Notes under the pieces: model-generated
What the model was told of the DNA's origin: nothing
The model's input: only the letters and a program-made list of their open reading frames with translations
Database searches by the model: none
Translations under genes and position numbers: made by a program
Part shown: positions 37,801 to 52,800 of the stretch, piece after piece
How positions within the stretch are numbered: position 1 is the first letter of the stretch
Layout of the letters: every line of letters starts with the position of its first letter
NCBI GenBank assembly: GCA_964016885.1
Contig: OZ024741.1
Location: forward strand, 263,190,001-263,254,000
Source of the DNA: Eledone cirrhosa
Lineage: Eukaryota
Length of the DNA stretch: 64,000 nt
Direction: 5' to 3'

Positions 37801-40800
37801 GTGTAGTGATATAGTATTATGACCTGTCACATGATTTGGAGTGGGTGAATGTGGACTGTGTAGTGATATAGTATTATGACCTGTCACATGATTTGGAGTG
37901 GGTGAATGTGGACTGTGTAGTGATATAGTATTATGACCTGCTACACGATTTGGAGTGGGTGAATGTGGAGTGTGTAGTGATATAGTGTTATGACCTACAT
38001 GATTTGGAGTGGGTGAATGTGGACTGTGTAGTGATATAGTATTATGACCTGCTACATGATATGGAGTGGGTGAATGTGGACTGTGTAGTGATATAGTATT
38101 ATGACCTGACACATGATTTTGAGTGGGTGAATGTGGACTGTGTAGTGATATAGTGTTATGACCTTCTACATGATTTGGAGTGGGTGAATGTGGACTGTGT
38201 AGTGATATAGTATTATGACCTTCACGTGATTTGGAGTGGGTGAATGTGGACTGTGTAGTGATATAGTATTATGACCTGTCACATGATTTGGAGTGGGTGA
38301 ATGTGGACTGTGTAGTGATATAGTATTATGACCTGTCACATGATTTGGAGTGGGTGAATGTGGACTGTGTAGTGATATAGTATTATGACCTGCTACATGA
38401 TTTGGAGTGGGTGAATGTGGACTGTGTAGTGATATAGTATTATGACCTGACACATGATTTGGAGTGGGTGAATGTGGACTGTGTAGTGATATAGTGTTAT
38501 GACCTTCACGTGATTTGGAGTGGGTGAATGTGGACTGTGTAGTGATATAGTATTATGACCTGCTACATGATTTGGAGTGGGTGAATGTGGACTGTGTAGT
38601 AATATAGTATTATGACCTGCTACATGATTTGGAGTGGGTGAATGTGGACTGTGTAGTGATATAGTATTATGACCTTCACGTGATTTGGAGTGGGTGAATG
38701 TGGACTGTGTAGTGATATAGTATTATGATCTTCTACATGATTTGGAGTGGGTGAATGTGGACTGTGTAGTGATATAGTATTATGACCTGCTACATGATTT
38801 GGAGTGGGTGAATGTGGACTGTGTAGTGATATAGTATTATGACCTGCTACATGATTTGGAGTGGGTGAATGTGGACTGTGTAGTGATATAGTGTTATGAC
38901 CTTCACGTGATTTGGAGTGGGTGAATGTGGACTGTGTAGTGATATAGTATTATGACCTGCTACACGATTTGGAGTGGGTGAATGTGGAGTGTGTAGTGAT
39001 ATAGTGTGATGACCTGCTACATGATTTGGAGTGGGTGAATGTGGACTGTGTAGTGATATAGTATTATGACCTGCTACATGATTTGGAGTGGGTGAATGTG
39101 GACTGTGTAGTGATATAGTATTATGACCTGACACATGATTTGGAGTGGGTGAATGTGGACTGTGTAGTGATATAGTGTTATGACCTTCACGTGATTTGGA
39201 GTGGGTGAATGTGGACTGTGTAGTGATATAGTATTATGACCTGCTACATGATTTGGAGTGGGTGAATGTGGACTGTGTAGTGATATAGTATTATGACCTG
39301 CTACATGATTTGGAGTGGGTGAATGTGGACTGTGTAGTGATATAGTATTATGACCTTCACGTGATTTGGAGTGGGTGAATGTGGACTGTGTAGTGATATA
39401 GTATTATGACCTTCTACATGATTTGGAGTGGGTGAATGTGGACTGTGTAGTGATATAGTATTATGACCTGCTACATGATTTGGAGTGGGTGAATGTGGAC
39501 TGTGTAGTGATATAGTATTATGACCTGCTACATGATTTGGAGTGGGTGAATGTGGACTGTGTAGTGATATAGTGTTTTGACCTGCTACATGATTTGGAGT
39601 GGGTAAATGTGGACTGTGTAGTGATATAGTATTATGACCTTCACGTGATTTGGAGTGGGTGAATGTGGACTGTGTAGTGATATAGTATTATGACCTGCTA
39701 CGTGATTTGGAGTGGGTGAATGTGGACTGTGTAGTGATATAGTATTATGACCTTCACGTGATTTGGAGTGGGTGAATGTGGACTGTGTAGTGATATAGTG
39801 TTATGACCTGCTACATGATTTGGAGTGGGTGAATGTGGACTGTGTAGTGATATAGTATTATGACATGTCACGTGATTTGGAGTGGGTGAATGTGGACTGT
39901 GTAGTGATATAGTATTATGACCTGACACATGATTTGGAGTGGGTGAATGTGGACTGTGTAGTGATATAGTATTATGATCTGTCACGTGATTTGGAGTGGG
40001 TGAATGTGGACTGTGTAGTGATATAGTATTATGACCTGCTACATGATTTGGAGTGGGTGAATGTGGACTGTGTAGTGATATAGTATTATGACGTTCTACA
40101 TTATTTGGAGTGGGTGAATGTGGACTGTGTAGTGATATAGTATTATGACCTTCACGTGATTTGGAGTGGGTGAATGTGGACTGTGTAGTGATATAGTATT
40201 ATGACCTTCTACATGATTTGGAGTGGGTGAATGTGGACTGTGTAGTGATATAGTATTATGACCTGCTACATGATTTGGAGTGGGTGAATGTGGACTGTGT
40301 AGTGATATAGTATTATGACCTGACACATGATTTGGAGTGGGTGAATGTGGACTGTGCAGTGATATAGTATTATGACCTGTCAAGTTATTTGGAGTGGGTG
40401 AATGTGGACTGTGTAGTGATATAGTGTTATGACCTACTACATGAGTTGGAGTGGGTGAATGTGGACTGTGTAGTGATATAGTGTTATGACCTACTACATG
40501 GTTTGGAGTGGGTGAATGTGGACTGTGCAGTGATATAGTATTATGACCTTCATGTGATTTGGAGTGGGTGAATGTGGACTGTGTAGTGATATAGTATTAT
40601 GACCTGTCACATGATTTGGAGTGGGTGAATGTGGACTGTGTAGTGATATATTATGACCTGTCACATGATTTGGAGTGGGTGAATGTGGACTGTGTAGTGA
40701 TATAGTATTATGACCTGCTACATGATTTGGAGTGGGTGAATGTGGACTGTGTAGTGATATAGTATTATGACCTGCTACATGATTTGGAGTGGGTGAATAT

Positions 40801-43800
40801 GGACTGTCTAGTGATATAGTATTATGACCTGCTACATGATTTGGAGTGGGTGAATGTGGACTGTGTAGTGATATAGTATTATGACCTGCTACATGATTTG
40901 GAGTGGGTGAATGTGGACTGTGTAGTGATATAGTATTATGACCTGCTACATGATTTGGAGTGGGTGAATATGGACTGTCTAGTAATATAGTATTATGACC
41001 TGCTACATGATTTGGAGTGGGTGAATGTGGACTGTGTAGTGATATAGTGTTATGACCTTCACGTGATTTGGAGTGGGTGAATGTGGACTGTGTAGTGATA
41101 TAGTATTATGACCTGTCACATGATTTGGAGTGGGTGAATGTGGACTGTGTAGTGATATAGTATTATGACCTGTCACATGATTTGGAGTGGGTGAATGTGG
41201 ACTGTGTAGTGATATAGTATTATGACCTGCTACACGATTTGGAGTGGGTGAATGTGGAGTGTGTAGTGATATAGTGTTATGACCTACATGATTTGGAGTG
41301 GGTGAATGTGGACTGTGTAGTGATATAGTATTATGACCTGCTACATGATTTGGAGTGGGTGAATGTGGACTGTGTAGTGATATAGTATTATGACCTGACA
41401 CATGATTTTGAGTGGGTGAATGTGGACTGTGTAGTGATATAGTGTTATGACCTTCTACATGATTTGGAGTGGGTGAATGTGGACTGTGTAGTGATATAGT
41501 ATTATGACCTTCACGTGATTTGGAGTGGGTGAATGTGGACTGTGTAGTGATATAGTATTATGACCTGTCACATGATTTGGAGTGGGTGAATGTGGACTGT
41601 GTAGTGATATAGTATTATGACCTGTCACATGATTTGGAGTGGGTGAATGTGGACTGTGTAGTGATATAGTATTATGAGCTGCTACATGATTTGGAGTGGG
41701 TGAATGTGGACTGTGTAGTGATATAGTATTATGGCCTGCTACATGATTTGGAGTGGGTGAATGTGGACTGTGTAGTGATATAGTATTATGACCTGCTACA
41801 TGATTTGGAGTGGGTGAATGTGGACTGTGTAGTGATATAGTATTATGACCTATCACGTTATTTGGAGTGGGTGAATGTGGACTGTGTAGTGATATAGTGT
41901 TATGACCTACTACATGATTTGGAGTGGGTGAATGTGGACTGTGTAGTGATATAGTATTATGACCTTCACGTGATTTGGAGTGGGTGAATGTGACTGTGTA
42001 GTGATATAGTATTATGACCTGCTACGTGATTTGGAGTGGGTGAATGTGGACTGTGTAGTGATATAGTATTATGACCTTCACGTGATTTGGAGTGTGTGAA
42101 TGTGGACTGTGTAGTGATATAGTGTTATGACCTGCTACATGATTTGGAGTGGGTGAATGTGGACTGTGTAGTGATATAGTATTATGACATGTCACGTGAT
42201 TTGGAGTGGGTGAATGTGGACTGTGTAGTGATATAGTATTATGACCTGACACATGATTTGGAGTGGGTGAATGTGGACTGTGTAGTGATATAGTATTATG
42301 ACCTGCTACATGATTTGGAGTGGGTGAATGTGGACTGTGTAGTGATATAGTATTATGACATTCTACATTATTTGGAGTGGGTGAATGTGGACTGTGTAGT
42401 GATATAGTATTATGACCTTCACGTGATTTGGAGTGGGTGAATGTGGACTGTGTAGTGATATAGTATTATGACCTGACACATGATTTGGAGTGTGTGAATG
42501 TGGACTGTGTAGTGATATAGTATTATGACCTTCACGTGATTTGGAGTGGGTGAATGTGGACTGTGTAGTGATATAGTATTATGACCTGCTACATGATTTG
42601 GAGTGGGTGAATGTGGACTGTGTAGTGATATAGTATTATGACCTTCTACATGATTTGGAGTGGGTGAATGTGGACTGTGTAGTGATATAGTATTATGACC
42701 TGCTACATGATTTGGAGTGGGTGAATGTTGACTGTGTAGTGATATAGTATTATGACATTCTACATTATTTGGAGTGGGTGAATGTGGACTGTGTAGTGAT
42801 ATAGTATTATGACCTTCACGTGATTTGGAGTGGGTGAATGTGGACTGTGTAGTGATATAGTATTATGACCTTCTACATGATTTGGAGTGGGTGAATGTGG
42901 ACTGTGTAGTGATATAGTATTATGACCTGTCACGTGATTTGGAGTGGGTGAATGTGTACTGTGTAGTGATATAGTATTATGACCTGCTACATGATTTGGA
43001 GTGGGTGAATGTGGACTGTGTAGTGATATAGTATTATGACATTCTACATTATTTGGAGTGGGTGAATGTGGACTGTGTAGTGATATAGTATTATGACCTT
43101 CACGTGATTTGGAGTGGGTGAATGTGGACTGTGTAGTGATATAGTATTATGACCTTCTACATGATTTGGAGTGGGTGAATGTGGACTGTGTAGTGATATA
43201 GTATTATGACCTGCTACATGATTTGGAGTGGGTGAATGTGGACTGTGTAGTGATATAGTATTATGACCTGACACATGATTTGGAGTGGGTGACGGTGGAC
43301 TGTGCAGTGATATAGTATTATGACCTGTCACGTTATTTGGAGTGGGTGAATGTGGACTGTGTAGTGATATAGTGTTATGACCTACTACATGATTTGGAGT
43401 GGGTGAATGTGGACTGTGTAGTGATATAGTGTTATGACCTACTACATGGTTTGGAGTGGGTGAATGTGGACTGTGTATTGATATAGTATTATGACATGCT
43501 ACATGATTTGGAGTGGGTGAATGTGGACTGTGTAGTGATATAGTATTATGACCTGCTACATGATTTGGAGTGGGTGAATATGGACTGTCTAGTGATATAG
43601 TATTATGACCTGCTACATGATTTGGAGTGGGTGAATGTGGACTGTGTAGTGATATAGTGTTATGACCTTCACGTGATTTGGAGTGGGTGAATGTGGACTG
43701 TGTAGTGATATAGTATTATGACCTGTCACATAATTTGGAGTGGGTGAATGTGGACTGTGTAGTGATATAGTATTATGACCTGCTACATGATTTGGAGTGG

Positions 43801-46800
43801 GTGAATGTGGACTGTGTAGTGATATAGTATTATGACCTGCTACATGATTTGGAGTGGGTGAATATGGACTGTCTAGTGATATAGTATTATGACCTGCTAC
43901 ATGATTTGGAGTGGGTGAATGTGGACTGTGTAGTGATATAGTGTTATGACCTTCACGTGATTTGGAGTGGGTGAATGTGGACTGTGTAGTGATATAGTAT
44001 TATGACCTGTCACATGATTTGGAGTGGGTGAATGTGGACTGTGTAGTGATGTAGTATTATGACCTGTCACATGATTTGGAGTGGGTGAATGTGGAGTGTG
44101 TAGTGATATAGTGTTATGACCTACATGATTTGGAGTGGGTGAATGTGGACTGTGTAGTGATATAGTATTATGACCTGCTACATGATTTGGAGTGGGTTAA
44201 TGTGGACTGTGTAGTGATATAGTATTATGACCTGACACATGATTTGGAGTGGGTGAATGTGGACTGTGTAGTGATATAGTGTTATGACCTTCTACATGAT
44301 TTGGAGTGGGTGAATGTGAACTGTGTAGTGATATAGTATTATGACCTTCACGTGATTTGGAGTGGGTGAATGTGGACTGTGTAGTGATATAGTATTATGA
44401 CCTTCTACATGATATGGAGTGGGTGAATGTGGACTGTGTAGTGATATAGTATTATGACCTATCATGTTATTTGGAGTGGGTGAATGTGGACTGTGTAGTG
44501 ATATAGTGTTATGACCTACTACATGATTTGGAGTGGGTGAATGTGGACTGTGTAGTGATATAGTATTATGACCTTCACGTGATTTGGAGTGGGTGAATGT
44601 GGACTGTGTAGTGATATAGTATTATGACCTGCTACGTGATTTGGAGTGGGTGAATGTGGACTGTGTAGTGATATAGTATTATGACCTTCACATGATTTGG
44701 AGTGGGTGAATGTGGACTGTGTAGTGATATAGTGTTATGACCTGCTACATGATTTGGAGTGGGTGAATGTGGACTGTGTAGTGATATAGTATTATGACAT
44801 GTCACGTGATTTGGAGTGGGTGAATGTGGACTGTGTAGTGATATAGTATTATGACCTGACACATGATTTGGAGTGGGTGAATGTGGACTGTGTAGTGATA
44901 TAGTATTATGATCTGTCACGTGATTTGGAGTGGGTGAATGTGGACTGTGTAGTGATATAGTATTATGACCTGCTACATGATTTGGAGTGGGTGAATGTGG
45001 ACTGTGTAGTGATATAGTATTATGACATTCTACATTATTTGGAGTGGGTGAATGTGGACTGTGTAGTGATATAGTATTATAACCTTCACGTGATTTGGAG
45101 TGGGTGAATGTGGACTGTGTAGTGATATAGTATTATGACCTTCTACATGATTTGGAGTGGGTGAATGTGGACTGTGTAGTGATATAGTATTATGACCTGC
45201 TACATGATTTGGAGTGGGTGAATGTGGACTGTGTAGTGATATAGTATTATGACCTGACACATGATTTGGAGTGGGTGAATGTGGACTGTGCAGTGATATA
45301 GTATTATGACCTGTCACGTTATTTGGAGTGGGTGAATGTGGACTGTGTAGTGATATAGTGTTATGACCTACTACATGAGTTGGAGTGGGTGAATGTGGAC
45401 TGTGTAGTGATATAGTGTTATGACCTACTACATGGTTTGGAGTGGGTGAATGTGGACTGTGCAGTGATATAGTATTATGACCTTCATGTGATTTGGAGTG
45501 GGTGAATGTGGACTGTGTAGTGATATAGTATTATGACCTGTCACATGATTTGGAGTGGGTGAATGTGGACTGTGTAGTGATATATTATGACCTGTCACAT
45601 GATTTGGAGTGGGTGAATGTGGACTGTGTAGTGATATAGTATTATGACCTGCTACATGATTTGGAGTGGGTGAATGTGGACTGTGTAGTGATATAGTATT
45701 ATGACCTGCTACATGATTTGGAGTGGGTGAATATGGACTGTCTAGTGATATAGTATTATGACCTGCTACATGATTTGGAGTGGGTGAATGTGGACTGTGT
45801 AGTGATATAGTATTATGACCTGCTACATGATTTGGAGTGGGTGAATGTGGACTGTGTAGTGATATAGTATTATGACCTGCTACATGATTTGGAGTGGGTG
45901 AATATGGACTGTCTAGTAATAAAGTATTATGACCTGCTACATGATTTGGAGTGGGTGAATGTGGACTGTGTAGTGATATAGTGTTATGACCTTCACGTGA
46001 TTTGGAGTGGGTGAATGTGGACTGTGTAGTGATATAGTATTATGACCTGTCACATGATTTGGAGTGGGTGAATGTGGACTGTGTAGTGATATAGTATTAT
46101 GACCTGTCAAATGATTTGGAGTGGGTGAATGTGGACTGTGTAGTGATATAGTATTATGACCTGCTACACGATTTGGAGTGGGTGAATGTGGAGTGTGTAG
46201 TGATATAGTGTTATGACCTACATGATTTGGAGTGGGTGAATGTGGACTGTGTAGTGATATAGTATTATGACCTGCTACATGATTTGGAGTGGGTGAATGT
46301 GGACTGTGTAGTGATATAGTATTATGACCTGACACATGATTTTGAGTGGGTGAATGTGGACTGTGTAGTGATATAGTGTTATGACCTTCTACATGATTTG
46401 GAGTGGGTGAATGTGGACTGTGTAGTGATATAGTATTATGACCTTCACGTGATTTGGAGTGGGTGAATGTGGACTGTGTAGTGATATACTATTATGGCCT
46501 GCTACATGATTTGGAGTGGGTGAATGTGGACTGTGTAGTGATATAGTATTATGACCTGCTACATGATTTGGAGTGGGTGAATGTGGACTGTGTAGTGATA
46601 TAGTATTATGACCTATCACGTTATTTGGAGTGGGTGAATGTGGACTGTGTAGTGATATAGTGTTATGACCTACTACATGATTTGGAGTGGGTGAATGTGG
46701 ACTGTGTAGTGATATAGTGTTATGACCTACTACATGATTTGGAGTTGGTGAATGTGGACTGTGTAGTGATATAGTGTTATGACCTTCACGTGATTTGGAG

Positions 46801-49800
46801 TGGGTGAATGTGGACTGTGTAGTGATATAGTATTATGACCTGTCACATGATTTGGAGTGGGTGAATGTGGACTGTGTAGTGATATAGTATTATGACCTGT
46901 CACATGATTTGGAGTGGGTGAATGTGGACTGTGTAGTGATATAGTATTATGAGCTGCTACATGATTTGGAGTGGGTGAATGTGGACTGTGTAGTGATATA
47001 GTATTATGACCTGCTACATGATTTGGAGTGGGTGAATGTGGACTGTGTAGTGATATAGTATTATGACCTGCTACATGATTTGGAGTGGGTGAATGTCGAC
47101 TGTGTAGTGATATAGTGTTATGACCTTCACGTGATTTGGCGTGGGTGAATGTGGACTGTGTAGTGATACAGTATTATGACCTTCACGTGATTTGGAGTGG
47201 GTGAATGTGGACTGTGTAGGGATATAGTATTATGACCTGACACATGATTTGGAGTGGGTGAATGTGGACTGTGTAGTGATATAGTATTATGACCTGCTAC
47301 ACGATTTGGAGTGGGTGAATGTGGAGTGTGTAGTGATATAGTGTGATGACCTGCTACATGATTTGGAGTGAGTGAATGTGGACTGTGTAGTGATATAGTA
47401 TTATGACCTGCTACATGATTCGGAGTGGGTGAATGTGGACTGTGTAGTGATATAGTATTATGACCTGACACATGATTTGGAGTGGGTGAATGTGGACTGT
47501 GTAGTGATATAGTGTTATGACCTTCACGTGATTTGGAGTGGGTGAATGTGGACTGTGTAGTGATATAGTGTTATGACCTTCACGTGATTTGGAGTGGGTG
47601 AATGTGGACTGTGTAGTGATATAGTATTATGACCTTCACGTGATTTGGAGTGGGTGAATGTGGACTGTGTAGTGATATAGTATTATGACCTTCTACATGA
47701 TTTGGAGTGGGTGAATGTGGACTGTGTAGTGATATAGTATTATGACCTTCACGTGATTTGGAGTGGGTGAATGTGGACTGTGTAGTGATATAGTATTATG
47801 ACCTGCTACATGATTTGGAGTGGGTGAATGTGGACTGTGTAGTGATATAGTATTATGACCTTCTACATGATTTGGAGTGGGTGAAAGTGGACTGTGTAGT
47901 GATATAGTATTATGACCTGCTACATGATTTGGAGTGGGTGAATGTGGACTGTGTAGTGATATAGTATTATGACCTGCTACATGATTTGGAGTGGGTGAAT
48001 GTGGACTGTGTAGTGATATAGTATTATGACCTTCACGTGATTTGGAGTGGGTGAATGTGACTGTGTAGTGATATAGTATTATGACCTGCTACGTGATTTG
48101 GAGTGGGTGAATGTGGACTGTGTAGTGATATAGTATTATGACCTTCACGTGATTTGGAGTGTGTGAATGTGGACTGTGTAGTGATATAGTGTTATGACCT
48201 GCTACATGATTTGGAGTGGGTGAATGTGGACTGTGTAGTGATATAGTATTATGACATGTCACGTGATTTGGAGTGGGTGAATGTGGACTGTGTAGTGATA
48301 TAGTATTATGACCTGACACATGATTTGGAGTGGGTGAATGTGGACTGTGTAGTGATATAGTATTATGACCTGCTACATGATTTGGAGTGGGTGAATGTCG
48401 ACTGTGTAGTGATATAGTGTTATGACCTTCACGTGATTTGGCGTGGGTGAATGTGGACTGTGTAGTGATACAGTATTATGACCTTCACGTGATTTGGAGT
48501 GGGTGAATGTGGACTGTGTAGGGATATAGTATTATGACCTGACACATGATTTGGAGTGGGTGAATGTGGACTGTGTAGTGATATAGTATTATGACCTGCT
48601 ACACGATTTGGAGTGGGTGAATGTGGAGTGTGTAGTGATATAGTGTGATGACCTGCTACATGATTTGGAGTGAGTGAATGTGGACTGTGTAGTGATATAG
48701 TATTATGACCTGCTACATGATTCGGAGTGGGTGAATGTGGACTGTGTAGTGATATAGTATTATGACCTGACACATGATTTGGAGTGGGTGAATGTGGACT
48801 GTGTAGTGATATAGTGTTATGACCTTCACGTGATTTGGAGTGGGTGAATGTGGACTGTGTAGTGATATAGTGTTATGACCTTCACGTGATTTGGAGTGGG
48901 TGAATGTGGACTGTGTAGTGATATAGTATTATGACCTTCACGTGATTTGGAGTGGGTGAATGTGGACTGTGTAGTGATATAGTATTATGACCTTCTACAT
49001 GATTTGGAGTGGGTGAATGTGGACTGTGTAGTGATATAGTATTATGACCTTCACGTGATTTGGAGTGGGTGAATGTGGACTGTGTAGTGATATAGTATTA
49101 TGACCTGCTACATGATTTGGAGTGGGTGAATGTGGACTGTGTAGTGATATAGTATTATGACCTTCTACATGATTTGGAGTGGGTGAAAGTGGACTGTGTA
49201 GTGATATAGTATTATGACCTGCTACATGATTTGGAGTGGGTGAATGTGGACTGTGTAGTGATATAGTATTATGACCTGCTACATGATTTGGAGTGGGTGA
49301 ATGTGGACTGTGTAGTGATATAGTATTATGACCTTCACGTGATTTGGAGTGGGTGAATGTGACTGTGTAGTGATATAGTATTATGACCTGCTACGTGATT
49401 TGGAGTGGGTGAATGTGGACTGTGTAGTGATATAGTATTATGACCTTCACGTGATTTGGAGTGTGTGAATGTGGACTGTGTAGTGATATAGTGTTATGAC
49501 CTGCTACATGATTTGGAGTGGGTGAATGTGGACTGTGTAGTGATATAGTATTATGACATGTCACGTGATTTGGAGTGGGTGAATGTGGACTGTGTAGTGA
49601 TATAGTATTATGACCTGACACATGATTTGGAGTGGGTGAATGTGGACTGTGTAGTGATATAGTATTATGATCTGTCACGTGATTTGGAGTGGGTGAATGT
49701 GGACTGTGTAGTGATATAGTATTATGACCTGCTACATGATTTGGAGTGGGTGAATGTGGACAGTGTAGTGATATAGTATTATGACATTCTACATTATTTG

Positions 49801-52800
49801 GAGTGGGTGAATGTGGACTGTGTAGTGATATAGTATTATGACCTTCACGTGATTTGGAGTGGGTGAATGTGGACTGTGTAGTGATATAGTATTATGACCT
49901 TCTACATGATTTGGAGTGGGTGAATGTGGACTGTGTAGTGATATAGTATTATGACCTGCTACATGATTTGGAGTGGGTGAATGTGGACTGTGTAGTGATA
50001 TAGTATTATGACCTGACACATGATTTGGAGTGGGTGAATGTGGACTGTGCAGTGATATAGTATTATGACCTGTCACGTTATTTGGAGTGGGTGAATGTGG
50101 ACTGTGTAGTGATATAGTGTTATGACCTTCACGTGATTTGGAGTGGGTGAATGTGGACTGTGTAGTGATATAGTATTATGACCTGTCACATAATTTGGAG
50201 TGGGTGAATGTGGACTGTGTAGTGATATAGTATTATGACCTGCTACATGATTTGGAGTGGGTGAATGTGGACTGTGTAGTGATATAGTATTATGACCTGC
50301 TACATGATTTGGAGTGGGTGAATATGGACTGTCTAGTGATATAGTATTATGACCTGCTACATGATTTGGAGTGGGTGAATGTGGACTGTGTAGTGATATA
50401 GTGTTATGACCTTCACGTGATTTGGAGTGGGTGAATGTGGACTGTGTAGTGATATAGTATTATGACCTGTCACATGATTTGGAGTGGGTGAATGTGGACT
50501 GTGTAGTGATATAGTATTATGACCTGTCACATGATTTGGAGTGGGTGAATGTGGACTGTGTAGTGATATAGTATTATGACCTGCTACACGATTTGGAGTG
50601 GGTGAATGTGGAGTGTGTAGTGATATAGTGTTATGACCTACATGATTTGGAGTGGGTGAATGTGGACTGTGCAGTGATATAGTATTATGACCTGCTACAT
50701 GATTTGGAGTGGGTGAATGTGGACTGTGTAGTGATATAGTATTATGACCTGACACATGATTTGGAGTGGGTGAATGTGGACTGTGTAGTGATATAGTGTT
50801 ATGACCTTCTACATGATTTGGAGTGGGTGAATGTGAACTGTGTAGTGATATAGTATTATGACCTTCACGTGATTTGGAGTGGGTGAATGTGGACTGTGTA
50901 GTGATATAGTATTATGACCTTCTACATGATTTGGAGTGGGTGAATGTGGACTGTGTAGTGATATAGTATTATGACCTGCTACATGATTTGGAGTGGGTGA
51001 ATGTGGACTGTGTAGTGATATAGTATTATGACCTGCTACATGATTTGGAGTGGGTGAATGTGGACTGTGTAGTGATATAGTATTATGACCTATCACGTTA
51101 TTTGGAGTGGGTGAATGTGGACTGTGTAGTGATATAGTGTTATGACCTACTACATGATTTGGAGTGGGTGAATGTGGACTGTGTAGTGATATAGTGTTAT
51201 GACCTACTACATGATTTGGAGTGGGTGAATGTGGACTGTGCAGTGATATAGTATTATGACCTTCACGTGATTTGGAGTGGGTGAATGTGGACTGTGTAGT
51301 GATATAGTATTATGAGCTGTCACATGATTTGGAGTGGGTGAATGTGGACTGTGTAGTGATATAGTATTATGACCTGTCACATGATTTGGAGTGGGTGAAT
51401 GTGGACTGTGTAGTGATATAGTATTATGACCTGCTACATGATTTGGAGTGGGTGAATATGGACTGTGTAGTGATATAGTATTATGACCTGCTACATGATT
51501 TGGAGTGGGTGAATGTGGACTGTGTAGTGATATAGTACTATGACCTGCTACATGATTTGGAGTTGGTGAATGTGGACTGTGTAGTGATATAGTGTTATGA
51601 CCTTCACGTGATTTGGAGTGGGTGAATGTGGACTGTGTAGTGATATAGTATTATGACCTGTCACATGATTTGGAGTGGGTGAATGTGGACTGTGTAGTGA
51701 TATAGTATTATGACCTGCTACACGATTTGGAGTGGGTGAATGTGGAGTGTGTAGTGATATAGTGTTATGACCTACATGATTTGGAGTGGGTGAATGTGGA
51801 CTGTGTAGTGATATAGTATTATGATCTGCTACATGATTTGGAGTGGGTGAATGTGGACTGTGTAGTGATATAGTATTATGACCTGCTACATGATTTGGAG
51901 TGGGTGAATATGGACTGTCTAGTAATAAAGTATTATGACCTGCTACATGATTTGGAGTGGGTGAATGTGGACTGTGTAGTGATATAGTGTTATGACCTTC
52001 ACGTGATTTGGAGTGGGTGAATGTGGACTGTGTAGTGATATAGTATTATGACCTGTCACATGATTTGGAGTGGGTGAATGTGGACTGTGTAGTGATATAG
52101 TATTATGACCTGTCAAATGATTTGGAGTGGGTGAATGTGGACTGTGTAGTGATATAGTATTATGACCTGCTACACGATTTGGAGTGGGTGAATGTGGAGT
52201 GTGTAGTGATATAGTGTTATGACCTACATGATTTGGAGTGGGTGAATGTGGACTGTGTAGTGATATAGTATTATGACCTGCTACATGATTTGGAGTGGGT
52301 GAATGTGGACTGTGTAGTGATATAGTATTATGACCTGACACATGATTTTGAGTGGGTGAATGTGGACTGTGTAGTGATATAGTGTTATGACCTTCTACAT
52401 GATTTGGAGTGGGTGAATGTGGACTGTGTAGTGATATAGTATTATGACCTTCACGTGATTTGGAGTGGGTGAATGTGGACTGTGTAGTGATATACTATTA
52501 TGGCCTGCTACATGATTTGGAGTGGGTGAATGTGGACTGTGTAGTGATATAGTATTATGACCTGCTACATGATTTGGAGTGGGTGAATGTGGACTGTGTA
52601 GTGATATAGTATTATGACCTATCACGTTATTTGGAGTGGGTGAATGTGGACTGTGTAGTGATATAGTGTTATGACCTACTACATGATTTGGAGTGGGTGA
52701 ATGTGGACTGTGTAGTGATATAGTGTTATGACCTACTACATGATTTGGAGTTGGTGAATGTGGACTGTGTAGTGATATAGTGTTATGACCTTCACGTGAT